A stretch of DNA of 51,919 nucleotides, counting the filler, from Sphacelaria rigidula (taxonomy: Eukaryota), in the NCBI GenBank assembly GCA_964200075.2. It is 3 parts of 3 records of this genome, joined end to end, with 100 filler letters (N's around TTAATTAATTAA, not from the genome) between each part and the next. Parts side by side here need not be neighbours in the genome. Positions count along the whole stretch, not along the records: positions 17,343 to 34,582 come from CAXNAA020001133.1; positions 34,683 to 51,919 come from CAXNAA020001134.1; 1 more part is not named here. The stretch is one strand, 5' to 3'. Every line of letters begins with the position of its first letter. Position 1 is the first letter of the stretch. Shown one piece after another: positions 31,334 to 44,630 of this stretch. A program made the position numbers and the translations under genes. Under the pieces are notes generated by a model. The model did no database searches and was not told the DNA's origin. It saw only the letters and a list, made by a program, of their open reading frames with translations.

Positions 31334-32941
31334 GTGAGTTCCACATATTACTTCAGTAAACAAGTGAATCCTTCGATGCCGCAGGCCCGATTTTTGCTGT
31401 CATTTCCATCGGGGTACCTTCAGAGAGCGGTCAAAATCATTTTTGTTACAACGGACCCAAGGGCAAGGCAATATATAGCATCTCAGTATGTAGGAAAGAA
31501 GTGACGCGGGTTTTTCGAAGTGCCGGCCCGTGGCGAGGGGCTAGGGGTGTGCGAAGCAGAGGACCTGAAGATGTATACTTCGGATGTCGTGCAGGTTAGA
31601 TCTCCAAAATTTAACTGCGTCGCAATTCGTTTCAGGACCATATTCTCGTTGATGCGCCGCACGTTCGTGGTTGGTTCACTTTGGTTGTGCACTGCGGACG
31701 GTCGTGCGCGTTCAGCACAGAGGCGCGGTCAAAGGCAGGGTGCGGCCCGTAGCCCCCACAAAGGTTTGAGCAATCGTCTTGGCGCGAGATGAGGGACGTT
31801 TAGCCACATACAACATCGCTTATAGCGGGAGGAATCCGATTTTTTCTCGCCGCAACCTAATAACATGCCCTGCAATTTCGGAACATTCTCCCGTTCGCTC
31901 TATTCTCTGGAGGCTAGTTGATCAGCGTTGGGCTACAAATGTCCATGGTTGACACAACTTTACTAGTATCGCTACCCCTAACCCTAACCCCAACCCCAAC
32001 GCATATCGAGAACCCTCTGGCAAGGGCGGTACATACATTTCTCAGGCGAAGTGTGGTGTTGGTAGACCCCAAATCGACACCTGTGACGCCTATTCAACGA
32101 ATGCGCGTTCTGTGCACGCGAGGAGCACACGAGACTGTCAGCTCTACTAAAAACAGCCGATCATCTATGTTGAGGATGGTGCTTTTCATTGAGAATGAGA
32201 ACCNNNNNNNNNNGGTCCTACGGGAAAATCCAATTTCAGGGTATTTCGGCGATCCGAAGACATATTTTTTCACTCATGTTGGTAAATATAGCCCGAGGTC
32301 GCCAGTTTTTGTGCTCAATCTAGTGTCGCTCGGTTTCACCGGTTTCTGAAGGTGTATATCCCACATTATTAATACGATTGCATGTTTTCTTCCTTCCTTG
32401 GGGAATTTTGAGAAAATAGGGAGAATGTTTTTTCCAGTGTCTCTTTTTCTTTTTTTCCTCAGGGCTCATCTCTTGGCCCTCAGGAAGAGTCCGTGGTTTC
32501 GCGTGACAACCACCTCTCGCCCAATGCACTTGTGTCCCTGCACTGACTAAAGCCCAAGGTCGCAGGTGTCTAAGCATTTTATTCCTTCCTTCGGTTTCAC
32601 TCCTTTTCTGGGGCACCAGACCTTTCGTAGGCATGCCGCACATATTTGGAAGATTTTTGGGTTTGCTCCACTTCTTGATTCTTCCGCCGTTTTCAGGAGC
32701 TGGGAGTTGGGGGATATCCTATACATACACGTATATCTGTAGGCGAGCCCGGGGTCATTGGTATGTGATCGTTTGCGGCATTAATTCGATCATGCGATTT
32801 TTCCCGGCGATAAGGCCGCCGGGACTTCCCCCCTGGACACCACACTATCGGAACAATTTCATGTTTGCTCTATTTCTCACGTGTTTCTGGAGGCAAACCC
32901 GAGGTGAAACAGAGCGAAGAAGATCAATGGGTGCGAACAAT

Positions 32942-33148
32942 GCCGCACCCCAGCGGTCTAGCGGTTCGGCTGTCACCATTAGGGTACAGATAATGCGGGT
33001 TCGAATCCCGATGCGCCGGATCTTTTCGAGAGTTGAGAGCGGTACGGGATTGATAGTCATGATCCAATCCGCGAGACCAAAATGCAAGGCGTGTAGCGTT
33101 GATGCCTTGAGACCACGGACTCGTCCCAAGGAAGGGAAGGGGTTCAAA
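32942..33148 (+). mobile_element. tRNA-headed SINE, family 2
   Basis: Head with TAGCGG...GGGTTCGAATCCC; body TGATAGTCATGATCCAATCCGCGAGACCAAAATGC...TTGAGACCACGGACTCGTCCC. Inverted partial copies near 29195-29345 and 38070-38190. Confidence 0.7.
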
Positions 33149-33667
33149 TTCCACAAAAAGAAATGGCGACGTCGGGCTTGCCTCCGGGAAACGTGTGTGA
33201 AACTTCGTGTCTCAACTCTTGAAAACGGCGTAAGAATCCTAGCAACTGCAAAACTGTTCCGATAGTTCTCCGTCGTACTTGTCTACCCTGAATAAAGGTC
33301 TTGCTCCGATGATGAATCCGGTACTTTCTTAATTCCTTGCGTGCTTCAGTTCTGCCTCCAGAACCCCATCGTGCACATTACGTCATCATGTTCGCCATAT
33401 TCGTCTCGACGGCTATCATACCCACCCACCCCCCAGAGATCCTCTCACTCTTCACAGCCGGATCCACTACGTTTCCCTGACGAAGAAATAGAGCCCCGTT
33501 TATTGGAACATTTTTACTTAATTTTAATTCTTCAATCCGACACCCATCCTATTTTTCCACCTTTTTTTCAATCATGTCGGTACGTTAATTAGTCTTCAAT
33601 TAATATCTTCCTTTATCTTCTCTTCTGTGTTTTGTTTCCTTCATTTTTTCTCTATTTTTATTCGCAG

Positions 33668-33807
33668 ACAGAAGAATATGTGGGAACGGTACCGGCGGTA
33701 AAATGGTGGGGATTATTTCGGATAATTCCTACTGTGATGTTCGCTTTGAACATGGCCTCTGTGTCGCCAACCATCGTGGCGTCTCTGGAGCACAGGCACG
33801 ACGTTGG
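33668..33807 (+). CDS. Exon of the TMEM104-like transporter
   Basis: Pyrimidine tract, then gcag|...|gtgaga. Encodes TEEYVGTVPAVKWWGLFRIIPTVMFALNMASVSPTIVASLEHRHDV. Confidence 0.75.
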
Positions 33808-34582
33808 GTGAGAGCTGACGCGCGATTTTTTCATTTCTTCCTTTCGAGTGAGGAGCACTCTTGTGATGGGCTCGTTCAAGTAAGTAAGCATCCGTTTGAT
33901 ATGCTTATTTCAATTGAGCGAGTACACGAATGATACGCCTCGTTAGATTTAGTCTCTGCACGTTAGATATATATGCTTTGTTGGGGAAGTACACTTGTGA
34001 TACATTAGTGAATAATCAATACTTCGGAGACGTTCAGTGGGGGATCTGGTTCACCGGGTAATCCTCCAGATTTGTTCTCCATTTTTCCCAACAAATTATA
34101 TTTTTTCTCCCGACTTCTCCCAAAAAGAGGTTTTTGAAGGAAAGCCCGAGAATAAAATAGATTTTCGGAGGAATCTGTGGTCAGTCTTCAACTGATCCAT
34201 GATCTGACCTGATTTGAACATCTGCCCTCGCATATGTCGGGAAAAAGCAAAAATCCTGAAACCTTCGGTGATTTCGGAAAAAAAACATAGACCCGTTAAT
34301 AATACCCCTTGATGTATACAGTACACGAATGATACGCCTAGTTTGTTAAGTAAAGTACATGACGTGACATGAGTGCAGAGAGAGGTTGTTCGGACATTTG
34401 CGCAGTGGTTCTGGACGTGCGGGTGATTCCCCGATTTTTATTTTTGCACGGTACAATTATGAGGGGGAAACATGGAAGTACGTCGACGAGCGCCTGGCGC
34501 GTGCTGATCCGATGCTCGGCAATAAACTGGTGGGGATATATATATATACTTCCTCTGTCCCATAAGTAAAGTCCGTTATGGG

Positions 34583-34682
34583 NNNNNNNNNNNNNNNNNN
34601 NNNNNNNNNNNNNNNNNNNNNNNNNNTTAATTAATTAANNNNNNNNNNNNNNNNNNNNNNNNNNNNNNNNNNNNNNNNNNNN
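34583..34682. other. Artificial contig-joining linker
   Basis: N44-TTAATTAATTAA-N44. Confidence 0.98.
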
Positions 34683-35363
34683 GGTTCCGTGGTAGGTGGA
34701 GAGTTCGCGCTATTATCCATTTTTTGTTTGCTTGGCATTCAAACTGTGTTTTTTTTCTTCACTCTTTCCCCCCCTCCCCCTTTTTTTTTTCTGTGCTGTC
34801 CTGCTACTCGATTTTTGTTTTCTGCTATGCCTTGAATGACACCTTTCCCGAGACCTCGGGCGGATTTATGTCGGAAGAGTTAATGAGATGTACTGAATTG
34901 ACCAATCAAACGATGAAGGCATTGCACCCTTCGGCATCATCTTCACTTGAGGAATGCCTTGAAGACCAAGACGACCCACCTCCGGCGGTCAAAAGCTTGA
35001 CATGATTTCGAACGTCAGCAAACGTCTGCATACAACTAAGCAATGGCACCACTCAGTGGGAATGTATTATTGTAGAGGCATTGGTTGGAACCGTGTGGAA
35101 AACTGTGCGTATTTCTCAAGGGCAAGTCGTGTGCAGTCAGCGTCATATTCCAGGATAACACCTGGTCATACTCGAGGATAATATCCCCCGCTAGGGGAGT
35201 GACGTTTCCATGAGTGTTTGCCCAGGAACCTTCCATCTTTCGATCCCGGATCTGAGAAGGACCGACGCGATCGTGAACATTGAGTGCTATACTTGGTCAT
35301 ACTGCAAAAACACCCGGGCGATGATGACACCCAACCGCGGCTGTAGAATAGAGGAATGCTGCC

Positions 35364-35697
35364 GCCGCGGCCCAGTGGTGTAATGGCACAACTGCCACCA
35401 TTAGGTCGGAAAAAACGCGGGTTCAATTCCCCCCACAGATGCGTCTACTTTAACAGTTATTTCTCAGAAGCATCTGGTTTCCATTGTTGAAAGCGTGTGG
35501 GCGTGTGTGAGTGGCAAGAAACAACTACTTACTTTTACATTGACTTTGTTTGACGACAGTCGACGAGGCACGGGAGTGCTGATGGTCATGATCCAATCCA
35601 CGATATCAAAATTTCAGCCGTCTCTGAGTACTGTGGGAGAGGCGGTTCGGTCCCTTGAGACTAGTAGACCACGAACCCGAGGAAGGGGAGGGTTGCA
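35364..35697 (+). mobile_element. tRNA-headed SINE, family 2
   Basis: GCCGCGGCCCAGTGGTGTAATGG...CCATTAGG...GGGTTCAATTCCC head. Body and 3' end match 32942-33148. Confidence 0.7.
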
Positions 35698-35916
35698 CAA
35701 TGTGACGAGAAAAGAATCCTACCGCGGGCCGGTGGTGCAAGTCGTACATTTGTAGTCGATTATAGTACTGACGGGATGGATGAGCCTGTTCGTATCTGGG
35801 GTCTCATCTATCATCTTTTGGTCCAACAAGTATAACTTTTTTCGAGGTGGTGGCCAACTGTCGCATTCGTGTGGAGTATCATTTCAGTCGAATAGGTGGT
35901 CTCCATGGTCTCCCCC

Positions 35917-36029
35917 TCCCGTTCACTTTGACTGGGGAGGGTGTACTCATGATCATGCATGCCATAGTCATCCATTGACTATGGCGTGCATGATCATGAG
36001 TACACCCTCCCCAGTCAAAGTGAACGGGA
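35917..36029. repeat. Near-perfect inverted repeat: 54-bp arms, 5-nt loop
   Basis: 35917-35970 pairs with 35976-36029 with a single G-U position; loop TCCAT. Confidence 0.95.
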
Positions 36030-36046
36030 AGCGAGAGCGCATATCA

Positions 36047-36213
36047 ATGTGTGTGTGTTGCCATGCTGTCTATTCTGGACGGCAGTCTACACCCTTTGGT
36101 ATAGGTGGACGTATAAGCCAGGATCACACAGGAAGGTTAATACAGGAGTTTTTATTTTGTTTTAGCACTCCACGTTCCTTCTGCGGTGCTTGCCTTTATT
36201 TTTTATCGCGAGA
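36047..36213 (-). mobile_element. SINE family 1, 3' part
   Basis: (TG)n-TTGCCAT...CTATTCTGGACG...TTCCTTCTGCGGTGCTTGCCTTT, as in the other copies. Confidence 0.7.
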
Positions 36214-36713
36214 AACTGTCATCCATATGCAAGATGATCAGTATGCTTCAGACCGAACAATTTCAGCAGAATGTAGCTCACCCTTCATGCGACTCGCCGA
36301 GCACATCACGGCGCTTCGCACGTGGCAAGTGATTGCTAGCCTGGTTCGGCGAAAACCCGGCGTGCTCCATCCCGGCTTTGCAGGAATGCGAGGTCAATGA
36401 TCTTATGACTGTGGCATGCATGATCATGAGGACCCCCCCCCTCCCCTCACCCCTCTCTCTCCGAAGATACCGAACAATGTCATCAGGATGCAGCTCATCC
36501 CTCATGAGACGCGCCGAACACATTACGGCGCTTCACGCTTGGTGATTGTGAGCCTGTTCCAGCGAGAACCCGGCGTGCTCCGTCCCGCCTTCGTAGGGAT
36601 TCAAGGTCAGTTGTCTCATGACTACGGCATGCAATCATAATAATGAGTACACCCCCCTCCCTCCTGTCTCCGTTTCTCTGCCATGACTGCTGTCGTCGCG
36701 CTGTCAATGTTAG

Positions 36714-36880
36714 ACGTGTTGCGATTGCTCCGATGGTTGCCGAGATCCGAACGTGTGCAAGTGTTTACGTCTCCAAGCCGATGAGAACGGTCGGGCCAGT
36801 GCAACAGGCTTCGGCCGCAACTACAGCGATGAGGGCTTGTTGCTCCGGGAGTCCGCGGCGATATACGAGTGCCATGCAGG
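36714..36880 (+). CDS. Pre-SET exon of a SETDB1-like histone H3K9 methyltransferase (frame not in the ORF track)
   Basis: Bounded tag|...|gtgaga. Encodes TCCDCSDGCRDPNVCKCLRLQ...LLLRESAAIYECHAG, like the SETDB1 pre-SET CDCxDGCRD...C.C...YEC; ends in phase 2. Confidence 0.9.
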
Positions 36881-37709
36881 GTGAGACAATCATCGCAATA
36901 TATGAGTTTACTTGGGTTATACCTGGTGAGGTTTGCGACTCAACGAAGTATACGTTTCGACCGCGCCCCGTTGGGTGCTCTAAGCAGTTAAATATATATT
37001 TTATTGATTTAGCGTGTTTTTTCTCTCGATTTTTGTTGTCGGAAGCGTAAGCGTGAGAACTCGAGTAGTAGAAGGTAATTGACGAGAGTTGATGGGGTGT
37101 GGAGCTGCTAATGGTCATCATCCGATGCTCCATTTCAGAAACGCAAGACAGTTACTATATGGCCAGAAATGGGTTAATGTTAAGACCACGGATTCGTCGC
37201 GGTGAGGGCAAGGGTCTCGCTCCGAGTACTCTCGTACTTGACCGTTATCCTAAAGAGGGTTCGAAAGCATGACGGGGGGAAATGTATGGTGATTGCTACA
37301 GGGTGAAAACTTGCCGTGTTAAAGTTCTCTGTGTGTATATACGTATATTTTTTCACATCCTGGATAAATATAACGAACGACTCTGTCAAAAACTTACTGC
37401 GTACACTATCGACTATTGCATCTTGCAATAGACGTCGATACTGTACGCAGTAAGTTTTTTGACCATGTAATCTTTTGTCCAGAGTGTGATCTACACACCT
37501 CGTTTCTGTTCGCGTTACATTACGTTCCCTTCGCTTTCCATCGTACATTCGCTGGCTGGTTCCTTGCTCCGCCTTCCTCTGATTTGCTTTGCTCTGCTGC
37601 ACGTATGGTGCTTTTGCCTCGACAACAAAATTGTGCTGTTGGGGACCGTCATCGCTTTGGTTTTCCTTCTCTCCCCGCCCCCATCATCCCTGTGACGATC
37701 ATGGAGCAG

Positions 37710-37776
37710 GTGTGCGTGTAACCCGCAGCAGTGCAAGAACAGGGTTGTATCGAAGGGAGTTCAGGCCAAAGTCCAG
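37710..37776 (+). CDS. Pre-SET/SET junction exon of the SETDB1-like gene
   Basis: Bounded cag|...|gtgggt. Encodes CACNPQQCKNRVVSKGVQAKVQ; phases 2/0 fit both neighbouring exons. Confidence 0.88.
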
Positions 37777-39611
37777 GTGGGTGGGGTAACGTGGCTCTGA
37801 ATATTGCTGGGTTCGGGGTGTATCAATCATCCTGCTCGATTTCTTATTTCCGTTTTTTTAGACACTTTCACCCCCTCCCCCTCCGGATTGAGTCCGTAAG
37901 CCTCGAGGGATTCACCCATGTCTCCCTCGGGTGCTTACTTTCCTCTCTCAATTTCGTTGTTATGGAGGACTGGTAAGCACTATGTACTTTGGGCAGCGAA
38001 GTATATGAAAAAACCCGTCGTTTTTTTTTGTCTTGATCTATGTTTTTTGCTCGTGATACTTTTATCCTCCGTTGTTCCTCGGGACGAGCCTGTGGTCTCG
38101 AGGAATGGAGCCATCATTCGCCCAGTATGGTACCCGTCTGGCACTTTGCTGTGGAGGATTGGATGATGACTATAAGCACCTCGTGTCGTAAGTACGAGGG
38201 ATACCACCTTGTGCTTTCTGTGTTTTATATTTCTTCTATTCATCATACTTCCAATACCACCCCCTCCTTGGCACTAGTCCGTCTTCTGAAGAAATCAATC
38301 AATACATTCCCCGGTATGGGACCTACCCGAAATTTTGGTATCGATGATTGGATGATGGCAGACTCTCAGTACTTTCGTACCCCCGTCAACTCCCGGCGCG
38401 ATTGGCGAAAAAATATGCACAAGTAGTTTAAAGGGCGGTGGAAGTCGACGGGCTATCTGAGTGCTGATATGCTGATACCATTCCGAAGAGTTGGTCGTTG
38501 GAGATATGATCCGGAAATAAACAAACGCCGACGTATGATCCTTTGAAATTGGCGACGGGTTACTACCCTACACTTTTCGGAATAACATTTTTGGAACGCA
38601 TGACACCCTGTGCAACGTGTAATCATGACCTGCTCAAAGTACAGAGACATACTGATGAGACGAATGTTTCGATGATTCACATTCTCGTTCCCGTTCTCTG
38701 GTCGTTGTTTCAACATGAACGCCTCGTTTCCTCTTACTACTCGTGCAGCTAACGGTCCTTGACCTACACATGCTCCGCAACGTCAGTTGAATTAACTCCT
38801 TGACCGCTAGGGTAGGTGATCTGTTGAATCGGCATCACTACACCTGACATTCAGAAATGTCAGTGTTTCATGCATCAATAGGAACACATGAGAAAAAAGT
38901 GCTCCTATTCAAAGCCCACTCTCAATCGAAAGCTACACGCTCAATATGGCGAATATGTTACTAATTGTGAAAAACATGATTTTTTCTTGGGTTAGCGCGT
39001 GGCGTGAAGGCCTAAAGCCCGTGTACTGTATGCCGATATACTTGGACCAACGTAGCGAAAGCATTTCGAGCAAAACCTCAGTTCTCCTTTGCTTGCACAG
39101 TATATGTATAAATATGTGTGTATGCATGTGGCTAGATCCCGGGGGGGTCGGTTGAAGTGCGACAATCAATCAATCATGCATGTATGTACGTATCACTAGG
39201 GTAAGAAGCATAAAACAAAAAAGTTGACAATACCCGGTGCACTTCACGTTACACGTCACACCATCGTTACACGTCACAATGGTGTGACGTGACGTGTATT
39301 ACACGTTAAGCGGTTCGGACGAATCATCGCTGGTTCTAATCACCAAATCCGCGATTTCTTAGGCGTGATAGCTCAAAAGATATGAAAAAAGTCGACCGCT
39401 GATCGAAAAGATCCCTAGGCAATTTTTCCGCCATTTGATGTTTCCTTTTTTTTGTCATCCCCATGCAAAAGTTCATTCCCATTTTCCCGAGTCTCGTGTT
39501 GAATGACAAAAGCAAAAATGAAAAGGGAAAGTAAAGGTGAAAATGTTGCACCGCTCTGCGGTATCTGAGCGTGGACCCCCTTGCATGCCGTCGTGTTATT
39601 GAAAATTGCAG

Positions 39612-39826
39612 GTATTCCGCTGCGAAAGGCCGAACAAGGGCTGGGGTCTACGCTGCACGCAAAATATCCCGGCCGGCACATTCATAGCCTGTTACCTCGG
39701 AGAACTTCTGAGGGAGTCGGACGCTGATGGACGAGGAAAGGAAAAAGGCGATGGCTACCTCTTCAGCCTCGACAAGTTTTCGAGACGCAACAGCTCAGAC
39801 TACGATGGTTTGGAGAATGACCAGTG
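39612..39826 (+). CDS. SET-domain N-half exon of the SETDB1-like gene
   Basis: Bounded gcag|...|gtacgt. Encodes VFRCERPNKGWGLRCTQNIPAGTFIACYLGELLRESDADGRGKEKGDGYLFSLD. Confidence 0.93.
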
Positions 39827-40982
39827 GTACGTACAGTCGGTGATCTATTTCAATTTCTCCACTGGCGAGGATGTAATTCATGCTATTTATTTTTTCACGA
39901 GTGTGGTCTGTCGTCGGTGGATCTGATGTTTGTACTTGCAAAGGTTGGGCTTTTGGCTCTTCACCCTTGTGGGACTGGGCCTCCAGAACGACCAATGAAG
40001 CTGGTTAGGAATGACGTGTGCTGCATATGCATGAAACAGTGGCTGCATGTTACTAAAAATCACAATCCACGTATGTATGTAACCGCAGGGTTAGAGGAAG
40101 ACCAAAAGTTTCATCCAATCTATTTTTAGGTGCAGGCACAAACTGTCGATACTATATTTCGGGTGTTGTTCGCATCAGGGGATGTACAGATGTATCAAGT
40201 AGGATGAGTTGCCGTGGAGAGCTTTCAACAGGATGTGGCAATCGCCGCCCGCCACTTTTTGCCTTGGATATTGTCCTCATCACCTTGCCACAGAGCCCTT
40301 TGTGGTCGGAGAGGGCCTAGATATCGATCTTTGTTGCAAGTGGCGAATTATTTTCCAACGGTGTGGGCGTTGCGCCGCAGATACAGTACAACACACCTCT
40401 TCCAATGCAGCAGCAGCTCCCTCTGTATACTCCCTCACATGTTCTGAGCAGTTCTCCGCGACGGAGATCGGCCGTCCATACACGGCTTGTTCGTTTCCAT
40501 CGATTACACGACCTCACCACCCCTTGTACCGCTTTGACAGGGATACGCAGAACTCAGGCCTCTAGCTCCGTCTCTCGTCCCACAGCGCTGCTAGATTCAG
40601 TCGCCTTGTGAACATGACCACACATATAGCAGGATAAATTCATTCCCGAATTTTCCCCGAGCACTAAGTGTTGGTGTAATTACCTGGGTTTTACTATAGG
40701 ATGATGACTCCAAAAAATCGGGGGAGTGCAGGTCGGACCTATATAAAATGCAAGTAAATTATGAAAAAAATCGGGAAACCGAGCCCCCACCACTTGGGCT
40801 TTCTTTTGCTTCGAAGACTTTTTTGTGGGCCAGGGACAGGGTACACACACCAACTTGACAGTGACATCACTCCCGGCGACAGCCCCCCCACCCCCCCCCC
40901 CCACACACCCACCCCCCCACCACCCAAGCCCCACACNNNNNNNNNNGGGGGGCGCGCCAAACCCACACCCCCGACGCGGCGC

Positions 40983-41020
<38 letters not shown>

Positions 41021-44000
41021 ACTGGTCGTTCGGATGTGGTCGATAAATTTCGCCGCCTCGCCCTGACTGGGCAGGTCGCTCCCAGATTTGTGTATCATTA
41101 TTTCCCTAATATATGATGAACCCGTTGTTACTGAGCTTCAGTCCCAAAAGGGTTGAGCGTCGTTCAAAAGGGGGGTCATTTTAAAACGGAAATCCCGCCG
41201 AGGCGTTACAATTACTTGAGTTTAGTCTGCAAGACCGAAAAACAAGAAGACATAATTATGCGAAAGCATGAAAAGCAAAAGCCCATCACAGCAAAGGTAT
41301 ATTTTTTTTTTACATGAAGTCGATGTGTGTGAGTGAAATCAAGAGCAGGCACTTTGTGGCACGACCTTTTTTTTTCTTTCAAACGTGTGGTCGTGTGGAT
41401 TATTTTGCAGGCAAGATGTATCGGAGAAGTTTCGTAGTGAAGAGGTTAGCTTGAATGAAAGAGTCGATATACTGCAGTCTTTTTCTTGTCTTTTTCGCTT
41501 GGTGCCGTTCTTTTCGTTTCACTTTTTTTTTTTCAGCCGTTCTCAGTTTGCTGTGTTTTTATGTTCTTTCCTTCGCCCCCCACCTTCCTCTTTCTCCGAG
41601 TTTTCTTTGCCTATTTGAGTATGCCTATCTTGTGACCATGGGTGCACTTGTCGCTGATCAGATCATACGCGACACAACGGTTGGAGAACTTCCTCCGATT
41701 TTTATTTTGAGATAATGTTCAGCGTAACCCCAACCCCTATGAGGTACACCGAGAACCCTCGGGCAATAGGTGTGCAAAAGAGTGGCAAAGTGTGCGCTGG
41801 CAGATATCAAATCGGCGTTTTTTGCGCAAGCTAGGAGAACGTGGGACTATCGGCCCCATCAAAGATCGGACTAATGACTATTGGTGCACACACACACGAA
41901 ACTAGAGATGGCGTTCCGGGAAGTTGTTTTACAACGAGTGCATAATCTCTACTGAAAATGACACCCGCGAGTTTTGGAACCGAGATGCTCGGTAGGAAGG
42001 TATTTAGAAACTAAAAACTAACCTGTACGTACTGTAAACTAAGCAAAGCTAGTAGCGGCTCCGAAGGGGACGGGGGTGGAAGGAAACCCGACAGGTCCCC
42101 CACCTGCCAAATCACATGCGATGATGGAAGCTTTTCAGGAAATCTGCACGTGGTTGATCTGATGAAAGTACACTCGTCCTCTCTTTCTTTTCGTGTCTGG
42201 GTTTACTGCCATTGCAGGGTTGATGGTACCGGATCGGGCGGCGACCCGAGCGCTTCTTCGAGCCCACGGCGCATGCGACACACTCGGGATAGACTGGGGG
42301 GGGGAAGCGGCAGCGTTAGTGGTGGAGAAGGCGTCTCGTATTTCACGTGGACGCTTGATAGTGCTACGCTCTTGGTGAACGATGATCACAATGGTAAGTG
42401 ATACGAGACTATTCGACGTGTTTTGATGTTGTGCGCTTCTTTGTTGTTTCAAGCCTTTTGTCGCCCCCCCCCCCCTACCGACCCACTCCCCCTCCAATTT
42501 GGGCTTGTGTGAAATCTAATTTTGGTAGGCTGGTTGATTTTTGCATATTCACTTATCCTCTTTGGCTCACATGCACATCGGGGAATTTTGTGGAGAGCAG
42601 GTTCCTGTGGTTCCACAAATTGAATCCCCTGAGCACCTTCCACAAAAGGGTTTTCCCCCCATTTACCCATGGGGCAACTTGCTCCAACTGACCCGGTGCC
42701 AAGTAGAGATGCATCCCAACCCTAAGCAACCTGTGTGTGCTCCGCACTACTACAAGACATCCATCAACCTAGACTCTACAACTAGAGCACAAGCACAGCC
42801 CTCACGGTAACCACTCTTCCCTGGTATGTTGGGTGGGGTATGACATTTCTGCATTTCTTACAAAAGCTACCGAACTGTTGAGGTCTGTAGTACTGTACCG
42901 ATATGTAAGTCTCACACAATTTACAGAACCTGCCGGTTACGGTATAGAGGTGATACAGAAACCCTTTTCCCGCAACCGGGTATATCTACAGGGGTGTACC
43001 CGGACCCCGCGTAAAGGTAAATTTGGTTCGTACAAATCTCAAGGAACTATCGGGTACGGGTGATGCCCGGGTATCTACCCCGGGTATACCAAAAGCCTTA
43101 CCTTATAGAACACGACCTTGGAATATTGCGCGTGACTTTTGTTGGAGTTACAAGAGTCTCATAGATGGATCGGTTGACTGCAATATCGTCACACATTGGC
43201 TGATTCGGTACGAATGCAGCCGGGAATAGACCTTGAACCCAGGGTCGAAAAACGGAAACCATGATATATCTCTTTTTCTTTTTAAATTGGCTCCATTTCT
43301 GTTTAACATCACGTGTCAAGTGGAAACATTGGGGTCTGCCTCCAGTATTCCGAATGGTCGCCTGCGGCCCCGGAACACCTGGGGTTAGCAGTAACTTTAT
43401 TTTATTTATCCCTGGTGTGTTCACTTTTCTGGGTCCTTTTTTATTTCATTTATTCCTTTACCTTGTTTTGGGTGGTGAGCCTGTGAAAACCCAAGGCGCC
43501 CGCATTAGATGCCCAGTACGAAGTACTGCGCAGATATCGGAACGGCGTTTTGATGTGGAGGCGACGACAGCAACAGCTCGCTGCCTTCCGTCATACAAGA
43601 GTGTTGGCTGCTTCCTGTCCTCGGGGCGAGTCGGTAGTGCCGGAGGACCAACCCATCCCCCCCCGGGATCGGGATAAATGTTGTACATGCTTGAAATTTG
43701 CGCTTTGTGTACACGGCACATGAATCCTGTATGTTGGTACGTTGGGCACGCGAGCTGAGTAGCATTTCATTTCACATCTCTTGCAAGATGACTAGAGCAG
43801 CAAATCCGTTCAAATACTGACTCATCATCAACGTGTGTTGCAGAATTGCAAACCTAAAAGATGAAAGTTATTTATAATTTGCACATCTTCGTACTCCACC
43901 ATCACATTAGTCCCTTTACTCTTTTTTCAGATGCACGCTCGAAAGATTAATCATTCGGGAGCAACCACGCATAATAAAGAAACGTACGTCGCTACAGTGG

Positions 44001-44630
44001 TGCTTCAACTGATAGTCTCCCACGCTAAAAACACACCATTACATATTATGGGGAACAAACTCTCATGAGACGGGAAAGCGGGTAAGGGCGTATCAGCAAA
44101 GCAACAAGGAATCACCAGCGGAGAGTAATGGTAATAAATATACTGTGTATCGACAGGCGCATATACATAACTGACGACTCCGAGACAACTCCAAAGGTGA
44201 TGTTGGACGTACGTGGCAATTATTCTTGTGTTCTGAAAATGGAGCATGGAATACTCCACGTAAATATGCGAGTACAGGCACGGGTGACGATCGCGGCGCA
44301 GCTTCGAATGAGCACGAGGCAGTGGTGCAGTCCATGCTGTCCAGCCTCGGCAATCTGCCGGAGCAATACACCGGGCATGAGCTGGAGAGGGCCGTTCAGA
44401 ACATCATGTCCCAACGCGGTGATCGACAGCCGGCAGGGAGCCATCCCGGCGTTGACGGTCGGGGGCGGGTGAGAATTTTTGCCATCGTGTGTGTCGTGTT
44501 TTGTGCCGATGTATTTTCCTGTTTCCAGATGTTTGTGTTCCGCTTGTTTTCCGTTTTTTTACGTCTTTTCGTTTGCTCCTTTTTGGTGGGCACACAGATC
44601 GTTTCGTCGCTATCGTCTCGAATATATATA

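Noticed and set aside
40860-41030. Pro-rich or Gly-rich ORFs; G-quadruplex locus
   Set aside because: Homopolymer C runs around an N gap, where the sequence is probably unreliable.
44175-44468. Possible further exon of the SET gene (ends CGG|gtgaga)
   Set aside because: Coding-like with a good donor, but I found no in-frame acceptor or recognisable domain. Left uncalled.
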